64,000 nt of DNA from an uncultured Planctomycetaceae bacterium (GTDB lineage Bacteria; Planctomycetota; Planctomycetia; Planctomycetales; Planctomycetaceae): assembly GCA_963815195.1 (NCBI GenBank), contig CAWFGE010000007.1, positions 192,001 through 256,000 on the forward strand, read 5' to 3'. Made by a program: the position numbers and the translations under genes. Below are positions 60,571 through 64,000 of this stretch, piece by piece; within the stretch, counting starts at the first letter, position 1; each line of letters starts with the position of its first letter. The notes under the pieces are model-generated. The model saw only the letters and a program-made list of their open reading frames with translations, was not told the DNA's origin and made no database searches.

Positions 60571-62028
60571 ATGATTTCGAATGACTTACAACTGGAACTC
60601 ACGCGCCGGCATTTTTTTTCCAAGGGGTCGCATCTCCTGGGAACGGCCGCGCTCGCCTCCTTAATGCCTTCCCAGATGTTCGCGAAGGAAAATAGCAAAA
60701 CCGCGCATCCCGGGGCCGTGCCGACGCACTTCCCGCCCAAGGTCAAGCATATTATCTATTTGCACATGGTCGGCGGGCCGCCGCAGATGGATCTTTATGA
60801 CTATAAGCCCGTGATGAAGGAGTGGTACGATAAAGACCTGCCCGATTCCGTCCGCATGGGGCAGCGGCTGACGACGATGACCTCCGGGCAGAAGCGGTTC
60901 CCGATCGCGCCGTCCATGTTCAAGTTCGAGCAGGCCGGCAAATCGGGGATGTGGGTCAGCGAACTCTTGCCTTGGACGAAAAAAGTTGTGGACGACATGG
61001 TGTTTGTCCGCAGCATGCACACGGAAGCCATCAACCACGAGCCTGCCATTTGTTATATGCAGACCGGAAACCAGATCACGGGCCGGCCCTGCTTGGGGGC
61101 CTGGACGTCTTATGGCCTGGGCTCTTTGAACGAGAACCTGCCCACGTTCGTGGTGATGGTCGCCCGGCCGACGAACACCGAGCAAGTCCAGGCGATCTCG
61201 GCCCGGCTGTGGTCGTCGGGTTATCTCTCCGGGGAACACGCGGCGACCTCGTTTCGCACCAGCGGCGATCCGATCCTGTTTATCAATAACCCCGCGGGCG
61301 TGCCCCAACAGGTCCGCCGCACAACCTTGGACGGCCTTAAGTCCCTCAATGAACTGAACCACGAACGCCTGGGCGACCCGGAAACCGCGACGCGGATTCA
61401 ACAATACGAGTTGGCTTTCCGCATGCAGTCGAGTGTGCCGGAATTGACGGACCTGAGCACCGAATCGGAATCGACCTATCAGCTCTATGGAGACGCCGCC
61501 AAAAAGCCGGGCACGTTTGCCAACACGGTCCTGTTGGCCCGGCGGATGGTGGAGCGAGGCGTGCGGTTCGTCCAGATCTATCACAACAACTGGGACACGC
61601 ACGCCAACGTCGCGGGACGTTTGCCGGACCAGTGCCGGGACGTGGACCAGACGACCTATGCGCTGATCAACGATCTCAAGCAGCGCGGCCTGTTCGATGA
61701 GACCTTGATCATCTGGGGCGGCGAATTCGGGCGGACGATCTATTCGCAAGGCGGCCTTTCGATGAAGAACTACGGCCGCGACCATCACCCGCGCTGCTTT
61801 ACCATGTGGATGGCCGGGGGCGGCACGAAAGCCGGCACCGTCTATGGCGAGACCGACGATTTCTCTTATAACATCGTGAAAGACCCGGTGCATATCCGCG
61901 ACTTTCACGCGACGATTCTGCATCAACTGGGCTACGACCACGAACGCTTCACCTATAAATATCAAGGTCTCGATCAACGGCTCACCGGGGTCTTGCCCGC
62001 GAAGGTCATTCCCGAATTGATTTCTTAA
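60571..62028 (+). CDS. DUF1501-family protein with Tat signal
   Basis: TRRHFF, GGPPQMDLYDYKP, ERGVRFVQIY..WDTH, WGGEFGRT and GRDHHP. Confidence 0.95.
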   Translation: MISNDLQLELTRRHFFSKGSHLLGTAALASLMPSQMFAKENSKTAHPGAVPTHFPPKVKHIIYLHMVGGPPQMDLYDYKPVMKEWYDKDLPDSVRMGQRLTTMTSGQKRFPIAPSMFKFEQAGKSGMWVSELLPWTKKVVDDMVFVRSMHTEAINHEPAICYMQTGNQITGRPCLGAWTSYGLGSLNENLPTFVVMVARPTNTEQVQAISARLWSSGYLSGEHAATSFRTSGDPILFINNPAGVPQQVRRTTLDGLKSLNELNHERLGDPETATRIQQYELAFRMQSSVPELTDLSTESESTYQLYGDAAKKPGTFANTVLLARRMVERGVRFVQIYHNNWDTHANVAGRLPDQCRDVDQTTYALINDLKQRGLFDETLIIWGGEFGRTIYSQGGLSMKNYGRDHHPRCFTMWMAGGGTKAGTVYGETDDFSYNIVKDPVHIRDFHATILHQLGYDHERFTYKYQGLDQRLTGVLPAKVIPELIS

Positions 62029-62062
62029 CACCGCCGTTGAAGTTGACTTATCAGGATCACAC

Positions 62063-64000
62063 ATGTCTTTGCCCACGTCTTACTGTCGCCGCTCTACTCT
62101 ATTCATGGTGGGGTTACTAGCACTCAGTCTGCCGCGCGTGATGGCCGCGGACGAGGTGGACTATAACCGCGACATTCGCCCGATTCTTTCGGACAAGTGC
62201 TTTTTCTGCCACGGCCCGGACTCCAAGCACCGCGAAGCCGACTTGCGGCTGGATGTGGAAGAAAGCGCTAAGGACTCGGCCATCGTGGCGGGCAAGCCGA
62301 CGGAAAGCGAACTCATTCGCCGGATCACCAGCGGCGATTCGAGCGAACGGATGCCGCCCGAGGAGTCGGGCAAGACGCTTTCCGCGAAGGAGATCGACAC
62401 GCTCAAGCGGTGGATCGCGCAAGGGGCGAAATACCAGGCGCATTGGGCCTATGTCCCGCCGAAACGCCGGGCGGTGCCTGTGGTCAAGAATCAAGCCTGG
62501 TCGGATCAGTGGATTGATCGCTTCTTAATGGCCCGCTGGGAAAAAGAGGGCCTCGAGCCTTCACCCGACGCCGACGCGGTTACGCTCGTTCGCCGGTTGA
62601 ACTTTGACCTGACTGGCCTGCCGCCCACGCCTGCGGAGGTCGACGCCTTTGTCAAGGATCCGAGCGAACCCGCCTATGAAGCGATCGTCGATCGGCTGTT
62701 AAAGTCCGACCATTATGGAGAGCGGATGGCGGTGTATTGGCTCGACCTGGTTCGCTATGCCGACACCGTCGGCTATCACGGCGATCAGGATCATAATATC
62801 TCCCCCTATCGCGATTATGTGATCGACGCCTTCAACGACAATCTGCCTTTCGACCAGTTTACGAGAGAGCAACTCGCGGGCGATTTGCTGCCGGGTTCGA
62901 CAATCGATCAAAAGATCGCTTCGGGATATAACCGTTTGCTGCAAACGTCGCATGAAGGCGGCGTGCAGCCCAAGGAATACCTGGCGATCTATGCGGCCGA
63001 CCGCGTGCGCAATCTTTCCAACGTCTGGATGGGCGCGACCGTGGGCTGCGCCCAATGCCACGACCATAAATACGACCCCTATACCTCGAAGGATTTCTAT
63101 TCGCTCGCGGCGTTTTTTGCCGACGTGGATGAGGCCAAACACTTTAAGGTGGGAGCGGACAGAGTGCCCACGGCTCGCCCGCCTGAAATTAAGGTTCTGA
63201 CAAAACGCGAGCGGAACCGCATTGCGGAACTAGAAGACCAAGTGCGGTCTCTGAACGAGGAACTCGCGGACGACAACGAGCGCAAAGTGGAAGCGCGCAT
63301 CGCGGAGCGAGAGCAAAAGATCGAAGCGATCCGCAAAAATGCAAGGTTGACGATGATCTCGGTCTCGATCGAGCCGCGCACGATGCGGCTTTTGCCGCGC
63401 GGGAATTGGCTCGACGACAGCGGCCCGATTGTGAAACCGGCGGTGCCGGAATTCCTCGGTCCGATTCAGGCTGGCCATCCGCGGAAGACGCGGCTGGATT
63501 TGGCGAACTGGTTCTGCGACGCCCGGCAGGGCGCGGGCGGCTTGACGGCCCGCGTGTTTGTGAACCGCTTGTGGTTCTTGTTTTTCGGCCAAGGGATTTC
63601 GCGATCGCTCGACGACTTCGGCGGCCAGGGCGAACCGCCGGAGCATCCCGAGCTCTTGGACCAACTGGCCGTCGAGTTTTACGAAAACGGCTGGGATATT
63701 AAGAAGATGGTGAAACAGATCGTAATGAGCCGGGCCTATCGGCAATCCTCGGTGGCCGATCGGGAACTGCTCTTGCAAGATCCCGAAAATCGTCTGTATG
63801 CACGCCAGGCGCGGTTTCGTCTGCCCGCCGAGTTTGTTCGCGACAATGCCCTCGCGATCAGCGGCTTGTTGGATCGTTCGATCGGGGGGCCGAGCGTCAA
63901 GCCCTATCAGCCCGCAGGCTACTATCGGCACTTGAACTTTCCCAAGCGGACTTACCACCACGATACGGATTCGAGGCAGCGGCGGCGGGGCGTGTATGTG
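62063..64000 (+). CDS. Second cytochrome c + DUF1549/DUF1553 protein; runs off the right edge
   Basis: MSLPTS..VDYNRDIRPILSDKCFFCHGPD, WLDLVRYADTVG, GCAQCHDHKYDP and HPELLDQLA. Confidence 0.93.
   Translation, partial: MSLPTSYCRRSTLFMVGLLALSLPRVMAADEVDYNRDIRPILSDKCFFCHGPDSKHREADLRLDVEESAKDSAIVAGKPTESELIRRITSGDSSERMPPEESGKTLSAKEIDTLKRWIAQGAKYQAHWAYVPPKRRAVPVVKNQAWSDQWIDRFLMARWEKEGLEPSPDADAVTLVRRLNFDLTGLPPTPAEVDAFVKDPSEPAYEAIVDRLLKSDHYGERMAVYWLDLVRYADTVGYHGDQDHNISPYRDYVIDAFNDNLPFDQFTREQLAGDLLPGSTIDQKIASGYNRLLQTSHEGGVQPKEYLAIYAADRVRNLSNVWMGATVGCAQCHDHKYDPYTSKDFYSLAAFFADVDEAKHFKVGADRVPTARPPEIKVLTKRERNRIAELEDQVRSLNEELADDNERKVEARIAEREQKIEAIRKNARLTMISVSIEPRTMRLLPRGNWLDDSGPIVKPAVPEFLGPIQAGHPRKTRLDLANWFCDARQGAGGLTARVFVNRLWFLFFGQGISRSLDDFGGQGEPPEHPELLDQLAVEFYENGWDIKKMVKQIVMSRAYRQSSVADRELLLQDPENRLYARQARFRLPAEFVRDNALAISGLLDRSIGGPSVKPYQPAGYYRHLNFPKRTYHHDTDSRQRRRGVYV

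Overview
High-GC bacterial chromosome segment, almost certainly Planctomycetota (DUF1592/DUF1552, DUF1549/1553/DUF1501, TIGR02996-LRR and other planctomycete-typical families). Content in order: partial ABC transporter; GT-C (ArnT/PMT-like) and NAD-sugar epimerase genes with an inverted-repeat-bracketed Imm1-like cargo gene between them; a compact type II restriction-modification cassette (Dam-like MTase divergent from C-protein and REase); kdsA, lipid kinase, HAD hydrolase, CDF transporter; a Ser/Thr kinase with FHA domain; a DUF1592-DUF1552 pair interrupted by a divergent bS21-like gene; yhaO-yhaN; secreted proteins and lipoproteins; a decayed MqsA-like antitoxin; a ~19 kb glycosylation locus (4 GT2, about 5 GT-C/YfhO-type, methyltransferases) around a sigma54 activator, with three -24/-12 promoter matches; tRNA-Arg(CCG); and GntR followed by DUF1553/DUF1501 genes. 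Intergenic DNA is unusually rich in small palindromic repeat families, including TIR-bounded MITE-like elements that enclose REP-like palindromes. More than a dozen genes are split by frameshifts, most simply explained as sequencing indels. All family assignments come from motif recognition by eye, not from database searches.
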